Source: Candidatus Woesearchaeota archaeon (GTDB lineage: Archaea > Nanobdellota > Nanobdellia > SCGC-AAA011-G17 > GW2011-AR18). Taken from it: a stretch of 60,452 nucleotides of DNA. Shown one piece after another: positions 35,187 through 45,746 of the stretch. The position numbers were made by a program, and so were the translations under genes. The notes beneath the pieces were generated by a model that was given only the letters and a program-made list of their open reading frames with translations, searched no databases and was not told where the DNA came from. Position 1 is the first letter of the stretch, and each line of letters starts with the position of its first letter. Where the stretch lies: positions 1 to 60,452 of the forward strand of contig JAGWAD010000038.1 in NCBI GenBank assembly GCA_018302105.1. The letters are read 5' to 3'.

Positions 35187-36131
35187 TTAAAGCCATTTTT
35201 TTCTTCTAAAATAAATAATCATACTAAATCCAATAACAGCCATTAATCCTAAAGAAAAGAAATAACCATATTTCCAGTTAATCTCAGGCATATATTTAAA
35301 ATTCATTCCATAAATACCTGATATTAAAGTCAATGGTAAAATAATAGTTGCAATTATAGTTAAAACTTTCATAACTTCATTTAGCTTATTTGAAATTGAA
35401 GATAAATACATCTCTAAAATATTAGATGCAGTTTCTTTAGATTCTTCAAGTAAATCAATAGTAATTAATATATGGTCATAAACATCCCTAAAATAAGTGT
35501 GTGTATCTTTCCTGATAAATTGGTCTGCATTGCTTATTAAATTATTCAAAACTTCTCTTTGATAAGAAATTACATTCTTAACATTTAATAAAGATCTTCT
35601 GATTACAAATAATTTTTTTATTTCTGGTTGGTCTGGTCTTTTAAGTATTATTTCTTCAATCTCATTTAGTTCCTGAAATGCTTTTTCAATTTCTTTTATA
35701 TAATTATCAACTTCTGTATCTAATAATGTATGTAAAAGATGGTCAAGTCCGCCATTCATTGCATTTACAATCCTATTTTTTTCTTTTTTCAAATTTTGGA
35801 AAGTTTCAATAGGTTCTTTATGGATTGTTATTAAATGTTTTTTATCAAAAATAAAATTAATATCATAATGTTTAAGCTTATTGTCATGGTATCTTAATCC
35901 ATAAGCAACTAGGAACAGGAATTTGTCATAAATCCTTAAATTTGGCCTTTTTCTTAAAGACTTGCTTTCTTCTATTACATTTGATGGAATATTAAAATTT
36001 TCTTCAAGATGAATCAGTTCTTCTTTTGTAGGATTAACAACATCAATCCAGATTTTATTTACATTATCAAATTTCTCAGAGAAATTTCTGAATTTTAAAT
36101 CAGAACCTTCAGGAAATATCACCTCTATCAT
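35187..36131 (-). CDS. corA: magnesium/cobalt transporter CorA
   Basis: C-terminal two TM segments with the signature YGMNF (..GIYGMNFKYMPE..); 314 aa. Confidence 0.9.
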   Translation of the reverse strand: MIEVIFPEGSDLKFRNFSEKFDNVNKIWIDVVNPTKEELIHLEENFNIPSNVIEESKSLRKRPNLRIYDKFLFLVAYGLRYHDNKLKHYDINFIFDKKHLITIHKEPIETFQNLKKEKNRIVNAMNGGLDHLLHTLLDTEVDNYIKEIEKAFQELNEIEEIILKRPDQPEIKKLFVIRRSLLNVKNVISYQREVLNNLISNADQFIRKDTHTYFRDVYDHILITIDLLEESKETASNILEMYLSSISNKLNEVMKVLTIIATIILPLTLISGIYGMNFKYMPEINWKYGYFFSLGLMAVIGFSMIIYFRRKKWL

Positions 36132-36167
36132 TCATTTTTAAATAGAATCTTTATTATATAAGCTTTT

Positions 36168-36965
36168 TTAATTCCCCAAATTTATACTTGAACTGAAAGT
36201 ATTGTCATTATAACTTCTTTCGCTTAGTAATCTATCCGGGTTCGCAATCACATGGATATTTAATATTTTATTTTTAGAAATGGCAAATTCTGCTAATTTT
36301 GGAGAAGATACAATTAAACAATCATGAGATTTTATGCTTTCATTAACAACTACTGTTCTTTTAACTCCATTTATAGTAAAATCAACATTGATAGACGTCT
36401 TTGTATCAACCTTTGCATTTCCTGGAATATTGCATACTTCAGCATTTACTTTCATATTATAAAAATCATAACCGCTTACATCAAAACCTTTTGTTTTAAG
36501 GTTTGGTGCAAAATCAACAAGACTAAATAAACCATAATTAATATTATCATTTTCATTCATTTCATCTATTCTGTTTTCATTATCTGCGATTAATTTTAAA
36601 TTTATATTCTTTTTATTATATAAATCCAAATCCTCGAATTTAACTAAAAAAGTTTTACATAATCCAATATTTATTGGTTTTCCATCTACAATAGCAAATC
36701 TTCTTGGATTATTCACATCAATCAGTTTTAATTTATAATCTGAAACAAGATCTGAAATTCCTGAATTGCATATTCTCAAATTAAATAAATTATTTTCAAA
36801 AATATCATCCTTTGCAGCTTTTGTAATCCATATTGAGTTTGCTTGTAAATCCGGTTTCCCAGTTTGAAGCCCAGTATATTCAAACCCATTATAAACTTCA
36901 ATTGAACCAAAAACCCCTAAAATTAAAGCAACAACTAAAATTAAAGAAATGTTCTCTTTTTTCAT
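36168..36965 (-). CDS. secreted protein with two CARDB-like domains
   Basis: Signal/anchor present. Two repeats start P(D/N)L.. and end ..RIDEMNENDN / ..LSERSYNDN, which is the CARDB-type D..N.v.E.nE.NN ending. Confidence 0.55.
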   Translation of the reverse strand: MKKENISLILVVALILGVFGSIEVYNGFEYTGLQTGKPDLQANSIWITKAAKDDIFENNLFNLRICNSGISDLVSDYKLKLIDVNNPRRFAIVDGKPINIGLCKTFLVKFEDLDLYNKKNINLKLIADNENRIDEMNENDNINYGLFSLVDFAPNLKTKGFDVSGYDFYNMKVNAEVCNIPGNAKVDTKTSINVDFTINGVKRTVVVNESIKSHDCLIVSSPKLAEFAISKNKILNIHVIANPDRLLSERSYNDNTFSSSINLGN

Positions 36966-37054
36966 TATTTATTCTAAAATTTAGGAATATATAAAACTTA
37001 TCAAATAATTATAAATTCAAAAAGTTTTAAAAGTAAGGTTAATAATCCAAATTT

Positions 37055-38443
37055 ATGGAAGAAATGATAGGTTTGGAAATTCACGTAGGTCTCAACACTG
37101 AGAGTAAATTATTTTGCTCATGTAAAATATCAGAAGATGCAAGTCCAAACAGTCATACTTGCGATATTTGTGTTGGTTTACCAGGATCAAAACCAGTTTT
37201 AAATAAAAAAGCATTTGAGTATGCATTAAAACTATGCTTGGCATTAAACTGTGAAATATCTCCAGAACTTATATTTTCAAGAAAAATTTATTTTTATCCA
37301 GATATGTCTAAAAATTATCAGATAACCCAATATGAAATACCTTTGGGAAACAATGGAAAATTAAGTTTAACAAATAAGGAAATAAAAATAAGTAGAATCC
37401 ATATAGAAGAAGATCCGGCAGCATTAATCCATCAGGGATCAACTGTATTAGTAGATTATAATAGATCTGGCACTCCATTATGTGAAATAGTTACAGAACC
37501 AGACATGAGTTCTCCAGAAGAAGCAAGAGAATTTCTAAAAAAATTATTGACAATATTAAATTATCTAAAAATATTTAACATTAAAACAGGAATTATAAAA
37601 GCAGATGCAAATGTAAGTATTAAGCCATATGAAAGAGTTGAAATAAAAAATATTAATGGATTTAAAGAAATTGAAAGAGCAATAAATTATGAAATACAAA
37701 GACATAAAGAATTAATTAAAGAAAATAAGCCAGTAACTAAAAGAGAAACAAGAGGCTGGGATTCAGAAAAAGGAATAACTTTATTTCAGAGATCAAAAGA
37801 AGAAGAAGCAGATTATGGTTATATTATTGATCCAGATTTAGTTCCAGTTGATGTCACAAAAGAATTAATTGAAAAAACAAAAAATGAACTTCCAGAATTG
37901 CCAAAAGAAAAATCATTAAGATATCAAGAAGAATACAAAATAAAAAAAGAAGACGCAGAAGTAATAAGCAATGATTTTGAACTTGCATCCTTATTAGAAT
38001 CATCTGTCTCCAATAAAATAAATCCAGTTTTTGCTTCTGAATGGATAAGAAGAGAAGTTACAAGAGTTTTAAATTATAATAAAAAAGAATTAGATGAAAC
38101 TTTTATCTCAAAGCATTTAATTGAAGTAATGGAATTAATAAAAGACAACAAAATAACAAGACAGACAGGACAAAAATTAATGGAACTCCTTATTGAAAAA
38201 GATTTAGGTGTAAAAAAATATGTTTTAGATAACAATCTATCTTCTCTTTCAGATACAAAAGAATTGGGAAAAATTTCTTTAGAAGTTATTAAAAATAACC
38301 AGAAAGCAGTAAAAGAATATTTAGAAGGCAATGAAAAATCTTTTAATTTCTTAGTTGGTCAGATTATGAAATCTACAAAAGGAAAAGGAGATCCTAAAAT
38401 AATAAATGAATTATTAAAAAAATTAATACAGAATCAAAAATAA
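37055..38443 (+). CDS. gatB: Asp/Glu-tRNA amidotransferase subunit B
   Basis: MIGLEIHVGLNTESKLFCSC.. N-terminus, ..GLPGSKPVLN.., ..DYNRSGTPLCEIVTEPD.., and a C-terminal YqeY-like tail. Confidence 0.92.
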   Translation: MEEMIGLEIHVGLNTESKLFCSCKISEDASPNSHTCDICVGLPGSKPVLNKKAFEYALKLCLALNCEISPELIFSRKIYFYPDMSKNYQITQYEIPLGNNGKLSLTNKEIKISRIHIEEDPAALIHQGSTVLVDYNRSGTPLCEIVTEPDMSSPEEAREFLKKLLTILNYLKIFNIKTGIIKADANVSIKPYERVEIKNINGFKEIERAINYEIQRHKELIKENKPVTKRETRGWDSEKGITLFQRSKEEEADYGYIIDPDLVPVDVTKELIEKTKNELPELPKEKSLRYQEEYKIKKEDAEVISNDFELASLLESSVSNKINPVFASEWIRREVTRVLNYNKKELDETFISKHLIEVMELIKDNKITRQTGQKLMELLIEKDLGVKKYVLDNNLSSLSDTKELGKISLEVIKNNQKAVKEYLEGNEKSFNFLVGQIMKSTKGKGDPKIINELLKKLIQNQK

Positions 38444-39549
38444 CCAATTAATACATATATTATCCCAATCAGAATTAAAATATAAATTAATCCTTTAATA
38501 AATAAATTATCTTTTAGTTCATACTCTGGTTTTCTGTCACCTTTTTTCTTGCTTCTGGAATGCATAAGCAAAATTAAAAATAGCATAATACCAATAGCAA
38601 CTGCACCACTTATTTCTAAAAAGAAAATAAAATTCCCTAAATTAAAAATAAATAAAAAAAATGGAATAGAAATTACTAATAACCAGGACAACCAGTTTGG
38701 CAACCTATAATCTAATTTAAAATTATCCTTTAAAGCAAATCCCAAACCAACAAAAGCAGTAGTCATTGCAAGCAAAGCAAATAAATTAGCAAATAAAGAA
38801 GCATTTTTTCCAATAATATTAAAAGATGTTGTACTAACTTCTTGAACATTTCCATCCAAAGAACCAACAACAGCAAAAACAAATAAAAGATATAATAAAA
38901 TAGTTAAAATCCCCCCAATAATTATAGCTTTCTTAAGGTTTATTTTATTTTTAATCTCTTGATTCATCTCAGGTATAGCACTAAAAGAAGTAAATGCAAA
39001 CATAACAACACCATAAGGGATTAATAATTTATAAAAATCAAAATTAGCTAAATAAGAAAAATTAATTGTTTTAACTAAACTAAAAACAAGTACAAGAAGA
39101 AAGATTATCTTTAATGGATTTAATATAAATTCCACTTTTGCAAAGAAATTAATTCCAAAAAATATTACTATTGATAATAATATAAAAAATATTATTGAAA
39201 AAATTAATTCATTACCACCAAATATTCCATGTAATGATGCACCAGCACCAATAATATAAGCAACTAATGCACCATAAAGGCTTAATGCATTAAATATCAT
39301 CATAAAGGGTTTTCCAATTTTTCCTAAATAAATTTCTGCCAGTCCGGAAATTTGGTGTCTTATCCTTGTTCTTAATAAAATCTCTCCCAAATATAAATTA
39401 ACCAAAATCATCAATAAACCTAAAACAATTATAACTAAAACACCAGTTAAAAAACCAGCTTTAGCAACAACAAAAGGCAAAGCAATTACACCAGCTCCTA
39501 TAGTAATACTAAGTATTGTCCAGATACCTTCCAACAGCTCTTTTTGCAT
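38434..39549 (-). CDS. amino acid permease (HAAAP / Trp-Tyr permease-like)
   Basis: About 11 TM segments; N-terminal ..TIGAGVIALPFVVAKAGFLTG.. motif. Confidence 0.72.
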   Translation of the reverse strand: MQKELLEGIWTILSITIGAGVIALPFVVAKAGFLTGVLVIIVLGLLMILVNLYLGEILLRTRIRHQISGLAEIYLGKIGKPFMMIFNALSLYGALVAYIIGAGASLHGIFGGNELIFSIIFFILLSIVIFFGINFFAKVEFILNPLKIIFLLVLVFSLVKTINFSYLANFDFYKLLIPYGVVMFAFTSFSAIPEMNQEIKNKINLKKAIIIGGILTILLYLLFVFAVVGSLDGNVQEVSTTSFNIIGKNASLFANLFALLAMTTAFVGLGFALKDNFKLDYRLPNWLSWLLVISIPFFLFIFNLGNFIFFLEISGAVAIGIMLFLILLMHSRSKKKGDRKPEYELKDNLFIKGLIYILILIGIIYVLIGYF

Positions 39550-39612
39550 AAGAATTTAAAATTATTTCAATATAAATATGTTTTGATGTTTAATTATTTT
39601 TAAGAAACTCAA

Positions 39613-41634
39613 TTAATGGCTGCAAGTCATCCTGGTACAATTTTCCATCCTGAAATCACCATCTTCTAAATGTAAAACTTGCTTTCCTTTGCTGCCGTAT
39701 CTAAAAACAGTTATTCCTTTACATTTTAATCTATAAGCTAATAAATATGATTTTCTTACAGCTTCTTTATTTGCATTTTCAGGAAGGTTTACAGTTTTAG
39801 AAACACCATTATCCACATATTTTTGAAAAGCTGCTTGCATTCTAATATGCCATTCAGGGTGAATATCAAAAGCAGTCACAAAAATTTTTTTTACATTATT
39901 CGGTATTGAATTAATTCCTTGTAAACTTCCTTGTTTTGCAGTTTCATCCATTAATTCTTTTGAATAAAATTTTCTTTGCATTGCAATTTCCTCAAAATTT
40001 TTGTTTATTTCAATAAGATGAGAACCTGCTAAAGCTTCTCTTATATAACTTACTGCAAACAAAGGTTCAATTCCGGAAGAACAGTCATTTGCAATTATAC
40101 TTATTGTTCCTGTTGGAGCTATAGTTGTCACAGTTAAATTTCTCATAGAATCATATTTACTTTTTAATTCACTCTTGTAAAAATTTGGAAAATTTCCTCT
40201 TTTTAATCCCAATTCAGAAGATTTTTCCCTTGCTTTATTTTGTATAAATTGCATTATTTTTTCTGCAAATTTTAAAGCCTCATTGCTGTCATACTTAACA
40301 TTTAATTTAATTAAAAAATCTGCCCAGCCCATGATTCCCAATCCAATTTTTCTATTTGAAAATGTTGCTTCTTTTATCTTTTCATCAATATAATAATTAG
40401 CATCAATAATATTGTCTAAAAAATGGACAGCTATCCGAACGACGATTTTAAGTCTTTCCCAATCTATTTTTCCACTATTAACAAATTTGCTTAAATTAAT
40501 ACTCCCAAGCACGCATGACTCATAGTCGAGTAATGGTTGTTCTCCACAAGGATTTGTAGCTTCAATTTTTTTATTTATTCCATGTTTTCTATTAATTTCA
40601 TCAATAAAAATCAACCCAGGATCTCCGTTTTCCCATGCTTCTTCCACAATAGTCTCAAATAATTTTCTTGCATTTAATTTAGCAAATAATTTATTATTAA
40701 ATTTTAAATAGTGATCTTTATTTTTTAACACTGCCTGCATAAATTTATCTGTAACAGCAACTGAAATATTAAAATTAGAATTATTACATTTATCTTTACA
40801 TTTAATAAACTGGATTATATCAGGATGTTCTACATCTAAAATTCCCATATTTGCTCCTCTTCTTCTTCCACCAGCTTTTATTACTTCAGTCATTTTATCA
40901 AATAATTCTAAAAACGATAAAGGCCCTGACGCAGTACCTTTCGTCGTCCCTACAATATTACCTTCAGGTCTTAATTTCGAAAAAGAAAATCCAGTTCCTC
41001 CCCCAGTTTTTTGAATTAGTGCAGCTAATTTTAAACTGTCAAAAATACTATCCAGACTGTCTGGTATTGGCAAAGTAAAACAAGCACTCATTTGTTGTAC
41101 AGAAGTTCCTGCATTCATCAAACAAGGACTATTAGGTAAAAACTCAAAATTTTTCATAATTTCAAAAAATTCTTCTCTGCTTTTTTCTGCATTATCACCA
41201 TATTTTAAATCAACTACAGAAACAGCATTGCTAACCCTACTTAACATTTGTAACGGAGTTTCTACTACATTCCCTTTTTCATCTCTTAACAAATATCTTT
41301 TCTGTAAGACCTTAATTGCATTTAAATTTAATTTTAAATCATCTTGTTTTAATTCATTTATTCTATTTTGTTTATAATTTTTAACAATATCTAAATAATT
41401 TAAGTCACTTAAAACCTTCTCTATAATATTAACTGCATCAATTATATTAGGTATTTTCCCTTTAAATTTTTCAAATAAAACTTTTTCAATTTTATCAACA
41501 ATAAGATTAATATCTGTAATATGCTGATTTGCAGAAAAAGCAGCATGAGTAATTGAAGTCATAATCCTATTTCTATCAAATTTAACTATAGTTCCATCTC
41601 TTTTTCTTATATAGGAAATTTTTCTTTTAAACAT
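39613..41634 (-). CDS. nrdJ: class II (adenosylcobalamin-dependent) ribonucleotide reductase with N-terminal ATP-cone
   Basis: ATP-cone ..[16 protein letters not shown]... Catalytic region ..[23 protein letters not shown].. (radical Cys loop). ..TIAPTGTIS... C-terminal Cys pair ..CTRMTCSH. Confidence 0.9.
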   Translation of the reverse strand: MFKRKISYIRKRDGTIVKFDRNRIMTSITHAAFSANQHITDINLIVDKIEKVLFEKFKGKIPNIIDAVNIIEKVLSDLNYLDIVKNYKQNRINELKQDDLKLNLNAIKVLQKRYLLRDEKGNVVETPLQMLSRVSNAVSVVDLKYGDNAEKSREEFFEIMKNFEFLPNSPCLMNAGTSVQQMSACFTLPIPDSLDSIFDSLKLAALIQKTGGGTGFSFSKLRPEGNIVGTTKGTASGPLSFLELFDKMTEVIKAGGRRRGANMGILDVEHPDIIQFIKCKDKCNNSNFNISVAVTDKFMQAVLKNKDHYLKFNNKLFAKLNARKLFETIVEEAWENGDPGLIFIDEINRKHGINKKIEATNPCGEQPLLDYESCVLGSINLSKFVNSGKIDWERLKIVVRIAVHFLDNIIDANYYIDEKIKEATFSNRKIGLGIMGWADFLIKLNVKYDSNEALKFAEKIMQFIQNKAREKSSELGLKRGNFPNFYKSELKSKYDSMRNLTVTTIAPTGTISIIANDCSSGIEPLFAVSYIREALAGSHLIEINKNFEEIAMQRKFYSKELMDETAKQGSLQGINSIPNNVKKIFVTAFDIHPEWHIRMQAAFQKYVDNGVSKTVNLPENANKEAVRKSYLLAYRLKCKGITVFRYGSKGKQVLHLEDGDFRMENCTRMTCSH

Positions 41635-41975
41635 AAAACCTCTTTTCTAATATATAGAATCAGTTATATAATTTAAATATCTTTCTAAGTCTAAATTAGA
41701 AAACTTAGACAAACTTGAAAGACTTTTTTATTGAATAAAATAGTTATAAACTTTCTTTACAAAAATTTTAGAGTTTCTTCACTGCCTCTATAAAAATCAG
41801 GGTTTGCTATTTTAAAATGATTACAAAAAAGGAGGTTATGACACTAGTTATTTTATGTTTATACAGCTCATAAACCCAATTTAACAATGACTTCGTATAT
41901 ATATAGTTATACGCAATCGTAAGAGATGCCTACACGAAAGGCTTTGTTTAATTAGTCCTTATTTTAGCTTACATT

Positions 41976-43235
41976 TTAAACACTCTCCTGACTTTTTAAA
42001 CAGAATTGAGGATTAATGTTTAATTCATAAACGGCTTCAATTAAGCAACAGATATTATGACATAACACTTTCAATAATAATTCATTTACTTGTGCAATTT
42101 TGGTTTTACTTCTTAGATAATCTCCCAATTTAGATTTTATCATATGGTTTGTTGTTTCTATATTGCTTCTTAGATGGTAATGTTCTAAGAATTCTTCTTT
42201 GTTAAACTGGAAGTAATGAAACATTTTATTCCATGTGCTTGAACCTCTGCTTTTTCCAGTAGCGTTATCCTTGAATGGAATAAAAGCCGTTCCACCTAAC
42301 GAATTTACTAAATCGTGATTTTCTCTGCTTGAATAAGCCTTATCTCCAGTTACTTCATCTATTCTAAAGTTCTCTGCTGTTTTTTCTATTAATGGCTTGA
42401 ATTCTGGACAATCATTAGAATATTCTCCTGTTATTGATACTGCTGTAACTATATTGGTTTTTATTCCTACGCTTAAATGTGCTTTAACCCATTGCCTATA
42501 TCTCATGTCCTTTTGGTGCTTGTAACTAAAATATCTTGCAAATCTACAAGTAGAGAATCCACTACTATCTACTGCAAATTTAGTTTCTACACTTTTTAAT
42601 GGCAATGAACTTAATTGTATTAGGTTTTGGAGAATAGACGTTAGTTCAGGTTTATTCATTATGTTACTTATCGTTACATAATTACATGGCTTCTCTATGT
42701 ATTTCTTTTCTAATGCTATGTTTGTCATTCCAGTAAATCTTCTTAATGAAAAAGTTGAGTAAACCTTTAATGCCGATAAGTATATTCCGTCTTGCAAAGG
42801 GAATGATGGTCTACCAAACCCATATTCTTGCTGTTTGACATTCTTAACTAAGTCAGCCATTAGTTCCATAAATAAAGGCTGTTCATTGCACTTAGCCTTA
42901 TTATAACTCTTCCAGTCTTGAGGATAGCTTACTTTAATGGTCTTAGTTTGTGTTATTACAGTGTTTCCTTCATTATCAATTTTTACTTCTTGATTTAATA
43001 TGTATTCAACTGCGTAGATATGTTTACATTTTCCTTTTCTTGTTTGATAATCTGGGCAGTCGCATTCTTCTTTCATACTAGACATTTTTACAATATAATT
43101 TCCCATTCCAAACTGGCTAGGAACTTTAAAGTCTCCTTTGTCAGTTCTAGTAATATTATATTTTTGGGCAATTATCTGTCCTCGTTCTTCTCTTGTCAGG
43201 TTCTTGTAGTTTGTTTCGTTTAGGTTGGTTTTCAT
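41976..43235 (-). CDS. DDE transposase (IS5/IS4-like) with N-terminal SWIM zinc finger
   Basis: SWIM: CDCPDYQTRKGKCKHIYAVEY. DDE candidates ..FAVDSSGFST.., ..VTGDKAYSS.., ..IETTNHMIKSKLG..; 419 aa. Confidence 0.85.
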   Translation of the reverse strand: MKTNLNETNYKNLTREERGQIIAQKYNITRTDKGDFKVPSQFGMGNYIVKMSSMKEECDCPDYQTRKGKCKHIYAVEYILNQEVKIDNEGNTVITQTKTIKVSYPQDWKSYNKAKCNEQPLFMELMADLVKNVKQQEYGFGRPSFPLQDGIYLSALKVYSTFSLRRFTGMTNIALEKKYIEKPCNYVTISNIMNKPELTSILQNLIQLSSLPLKSVETKFAVDSSGFSTCRFARYFSYKHQKDMRYRQWVKAHLSVGIKTNIVTAVSITGEYSNDCPEFKPLIEKTAENFRIDEVTGDKAYSSRENHDLVNSLGGTAFIPFKDNATGKSRGSSTWNKMFHYFQFNKEEFLEHYHLRSNIETTNHMIKSKLGDYLRSKTKIAQVNELLLKVLCHNICCLIEAVYELNINPQFCLKSQESV

Positions 43236-43255
43236 TGTTTATTATCCTTTACTTA

Positions 43256-43272
43256 TATACCTAATAGGTATA
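43256..43272. promoter_or_regulatory. perfect 17-bp palindrome TATACCTA-A-TAGGTATA (extends imperfectly over about 43250-43279); third TAGGTATA at 43311-43318
   Basis: Read directly from the sequence. It lies in the divergent spacer between the transposase start (43235) and the Zn-ribbon/MTase operon (43393). Confidence 0.35.
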
Positions 43273-43392
43273 GTAAGTATATAAAGATTATTGTGGTGTA
43301 GTATATCAATTAGGTATATAACATTAAACATAACTTAATCTTATATATATTATAACACATATCTTTAAATATAAAAAGAAACTATTAAATAC

Positions 43393-43587
43393 GTGAAAAA
43401 CATCATTAATAGCACGAAAGAGGGTTTTGGTGTAGGCGTTCTTATAAAAGGTAATCGTTGTTATCGTTGTGAGCATTTTTGGGTTCCTAGAGATGAAAAT
43501 AAAGTTGCCACCATATGCCCTTCTTGTAAAAGCCCTTATTGGAAAACTCCTAAAACAAGATTTAAAAAGGGAGAGAAGAAAAGATGA
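43393..43587 (+). CDS. small zinc-ribbon protein (GTG start), translationally coupled to the MTase
   Basis: CYRC..(17)..CPSC forms a CxxC/CxxC pair with a basic C-terminus. Its stop overlaps the MTase ATG (ATGA at 43584-87). Confidence 0.55.
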   Translation: MKNIINSTKEGFGVGVLIKGNRCYRCEHFWVPRDENKVATICPSCKSPYWKTPKTRFKKGEKKR

Positions 43588-44975
43588 AAAGTTTACAAAA
43601 AAACGGAAAACTTTTCAGAAAAAAAGGCACAAGCAATATTAATTCTAAATACTATAATAAAAGGATGTCAAATAATTTAAGCATACAAATTCAAAAAAAT
43701 AAGCCTACAGTTGTTAGTTTATTTTCTGGATGTGGGGGTTTAGATTTAGGATTCAAGAATGCTGGATTTGAAATAATCTGGGCTAATGATTTTGATAAAG
43801 ATTCTGTAGAAACATATAAAAGAAATATTGATAATAGAATAGTTCATGGGGACATAACAAAAATATCTAGTTCTGAAATACCTAAAAATGCAGACGTTTT
43901 ATTGGGTGGTTTTCCATGCCAGAGTTTTTCTGTTGCAAATAATAAAAGAGATGTGAAAGATAAAAGAAATTTTTTATATAAAGAGATGTTAAGAATAATA
44001 AAAGATACTCAACCTAAATTCTTTATAGCAGAAAATGTTAAAGGGATATTATCCCTTGGAAATGGAAAAGTGATAGATATGATAATAAAAGATTTTAATT
44101 CAATAGGATATAAAGTAGAAAAACCATTTATTATTAATTGTGCATATTATGGAGTTCCACAATTTAGAGAAAGAGTAATAATTATGGGAAATAGAATTAA
44201 TGCACCAAATACATTTCCGAAAATAACTCATAAGAATGGATATAAGACTCCGATTCCAGATTTTATAAAACCTGAAGATTATCATAATTTACCATATGTA
44301 ATATCGGTAAAAGAAGCGATAGAACATTTACCAGAACCAAATACACCAGAAGGTAAAAATATTCCCAATCACATTGGTTCTAATAAAGTAAGTGGAAAAT
44401 ATGTTGCAAGAAAAAATGAAATAGACCAAGCAGAAATATGCGATTATCTTAAAACATGGAGAACTAAAGCAAAGATAACAACGCATAAAATAGATGAAAT
44501 TTTAGGTTATAGACATACAGCAGGACACTGGTTTAGAAAAGATATATCTGGTTCTATACCCTCACCTAAAGACTGGGCTAAACTAAAAAACATTTTAGGT
44601 TTCGATAATAAATATGATAGATTAGTTACAGAAGTTGAGATAAGAAGAATAAAGTTTGAACAATCATTAAGAGTTACTAACTGGGATAGACCAAGCGATA
44701 CTATAACTGCAAGTGTTCCAGAGATTCATATAAACAAGAAAAGAAGATTAACAGCAAGAGAATGTGCTATACTTCAAAGTTTCCCAAATAACTTTGTATT
44801 TTATGGAAGCCTATCAAGTCAACATAGACAGATAGGAAACGCAGTACCACCATTAATAGGTGAGCATTTAGCTAGAGAAATTAAAAAATATATTGAAAAT
44901 ACTAATCCAGAAAAACATTGGAAAGAGTTAAAAATGGTTAATACTACGTTAATTGGTGGAACTTACCAATACTGA
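43584..44975 (+). CDS. dcm: DNA (cytosine-5)-methyltransferase
   Basis: Motif I VVSLFSGCGGLDLGF, motif IV GGFPCQSFS, motif VI FIAENVKG, motif VIII QFRERV, motif X QIGNAVPP. The N-terminal about 27-aa basic extension may not be translated. Confidence 0.92.
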   Translation: MKSLQKNGKLFRKKGTSNINSKYYNKRMSNNLSIQIQKNKPTVVSLFSGCGGLDLGFKNAGFEIIWANDFDKDSVETYKRNIDNRIVHGDITKISSSEIPKNADVLLGGFPCQSFSVANNKRDVKDKRNFLYKEMLRIIKDTQPKFFIAENVKGILSLGNGKVIDMIIKDFNSIGYKVEKPFIINCAYYGVPQFRERVIIMGNRINAPNTFPKITHKNGYKTPIPDFIKPEDYHNLPYVISVKEAIEHLPEPNTPEGKNIPNHIGSNKVSGKYVARKNEIDQAEICDYLKTWRTKAKITTHKIDEILGYRHTAGHWFRKDISGSIPSPKDWAKLKNILGFDNKYDRLVTEVEIRRIKFEQSLRVTNWDRPSDTITASVPEIHINKKRRLTARECAILQSFPNNFVFYGSLSSQHRQIGNAVPPLIGEHLAREIKKYIENTNPEKHWKELKMVNTTLIGGTYQY

Positions 44976-45654
44976 ACTAGTACAATTAGAAAAAAAGTAT
45001 ATGGATATTGTATGCAATATTCTTTCTAATAATATTGGAAGATTCGTTAATGAAATCAATAGCCAAAAACATATGCCTGAATACTTACCTACAAATAAGG
45101 TAAACCCTATTGAGACCGCTTCTGAAAATATCATGAACGCAATGATTGCAAGACGTTTAGATTGGGGAGTAGCTTCAATGCAAGGAGCATCTGATTCTTG
45201 TTACGAATGTGGCGATGCAATAATTCACATAGACGCCAAAACAATTTTAGATACTGATGGAGATGCTAGAAAAAAGAGCAATAGAATAGATATAAGACAA
45301 AATCAAACTTCTTTTGATTTTGATTATGCTCATAAAGTAAAACACTCAAAAACTCATAAAGAATATACTTGGAAACCAAAATTACATAGATATGAAAACC
45401 ACGCACTTTTTGGAAAAGTACCTAACCTTAGTTATATATTAAGAGTGACTTGGTCACAAAAGAATCTTGTAGAAGAAATATCTTTTATCTGTATTCCTAA
45501 TGGACAATTCTTTAATACCCATCAAACTATTCTGGCTGGTGTAAAATCATATCCTAATGAAGGTACAGATTTGGAACACATAAGATTTGATATTAAAAGG
45601 CTAATAGAAATAGACAACTGGAGAGAAAAGGTAATTTACAAAAGAATTAACTAA
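44953..45654 (+). CDS. candidate type II restriction endonuclease (family not recognised)
   Basis: Sits immediately downstream of, and overlapping, the MTase. Possible PD-(D/E)xK: ..CGDAIIHIDAKT... TTG start in the track; ATG at 45001 is more likely. Confidence 0.5.
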   Translation: MVELTNTELVQLEKKYMDIVCNILSNNIGRFVNEINSQKHMPEYLPTNKVNPIETASENIMNAMIARRLDWGVASMQGASDSCYECGDAIIHIDAKTILDTDGDARKKSNRIDIRQNQTSFDFDYAHKVKHSKTHKEYTWKPKLHRYENHALFGKVPNLSYILRVTWSQKNLVEEISFICIPNGQFFNTHQTILAGVKSYPNEGTDLEHIRFDIKRLIEIDNWREKVIYKRIN

Positions 45655-45664
45655 AATAGACTTA

Positions 45665-45710
45665 TTAAACAAGATTAGCACTTTTTAAACAAACATTACT
45701 TATTAAACAA
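45665..45710 (+). promoter_or_regulatory. three TTAAACAA repeats (45665, 45685, 45703) upstream of the DUF5680-like gene; the outer two are part of a 13-bp direct repeat ACTTATTAAACAA
   Basis: Read directly. Spacing is 20 and 18 bp, 37-82 nt upstream of ATG 45747. Confidence 0.3.
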
Positions 45711-45746
45711 AGCCAGCTTTATTAATTCACCAATTTTACTAATTTT

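Noticed and set aside
41635-41800. Cobalamin riboswitch upstream of the B12-dependent RNR
   Set aside because: The leader is AT-rich with no B12-box-like conserved core or obvious multi-helix structure, and riboswitches of this class are not expected in archaea.
41863-43333. 9-bp inverted repeat TTATGTTTA (41863-71) / TAAACATAA (43325-33) as tight IS ends around the transposase
   Set aside because: It is too short and AT-rich to be significant. The 14+13-nt split repeat further out is far stronger evidence for the element boundaries.
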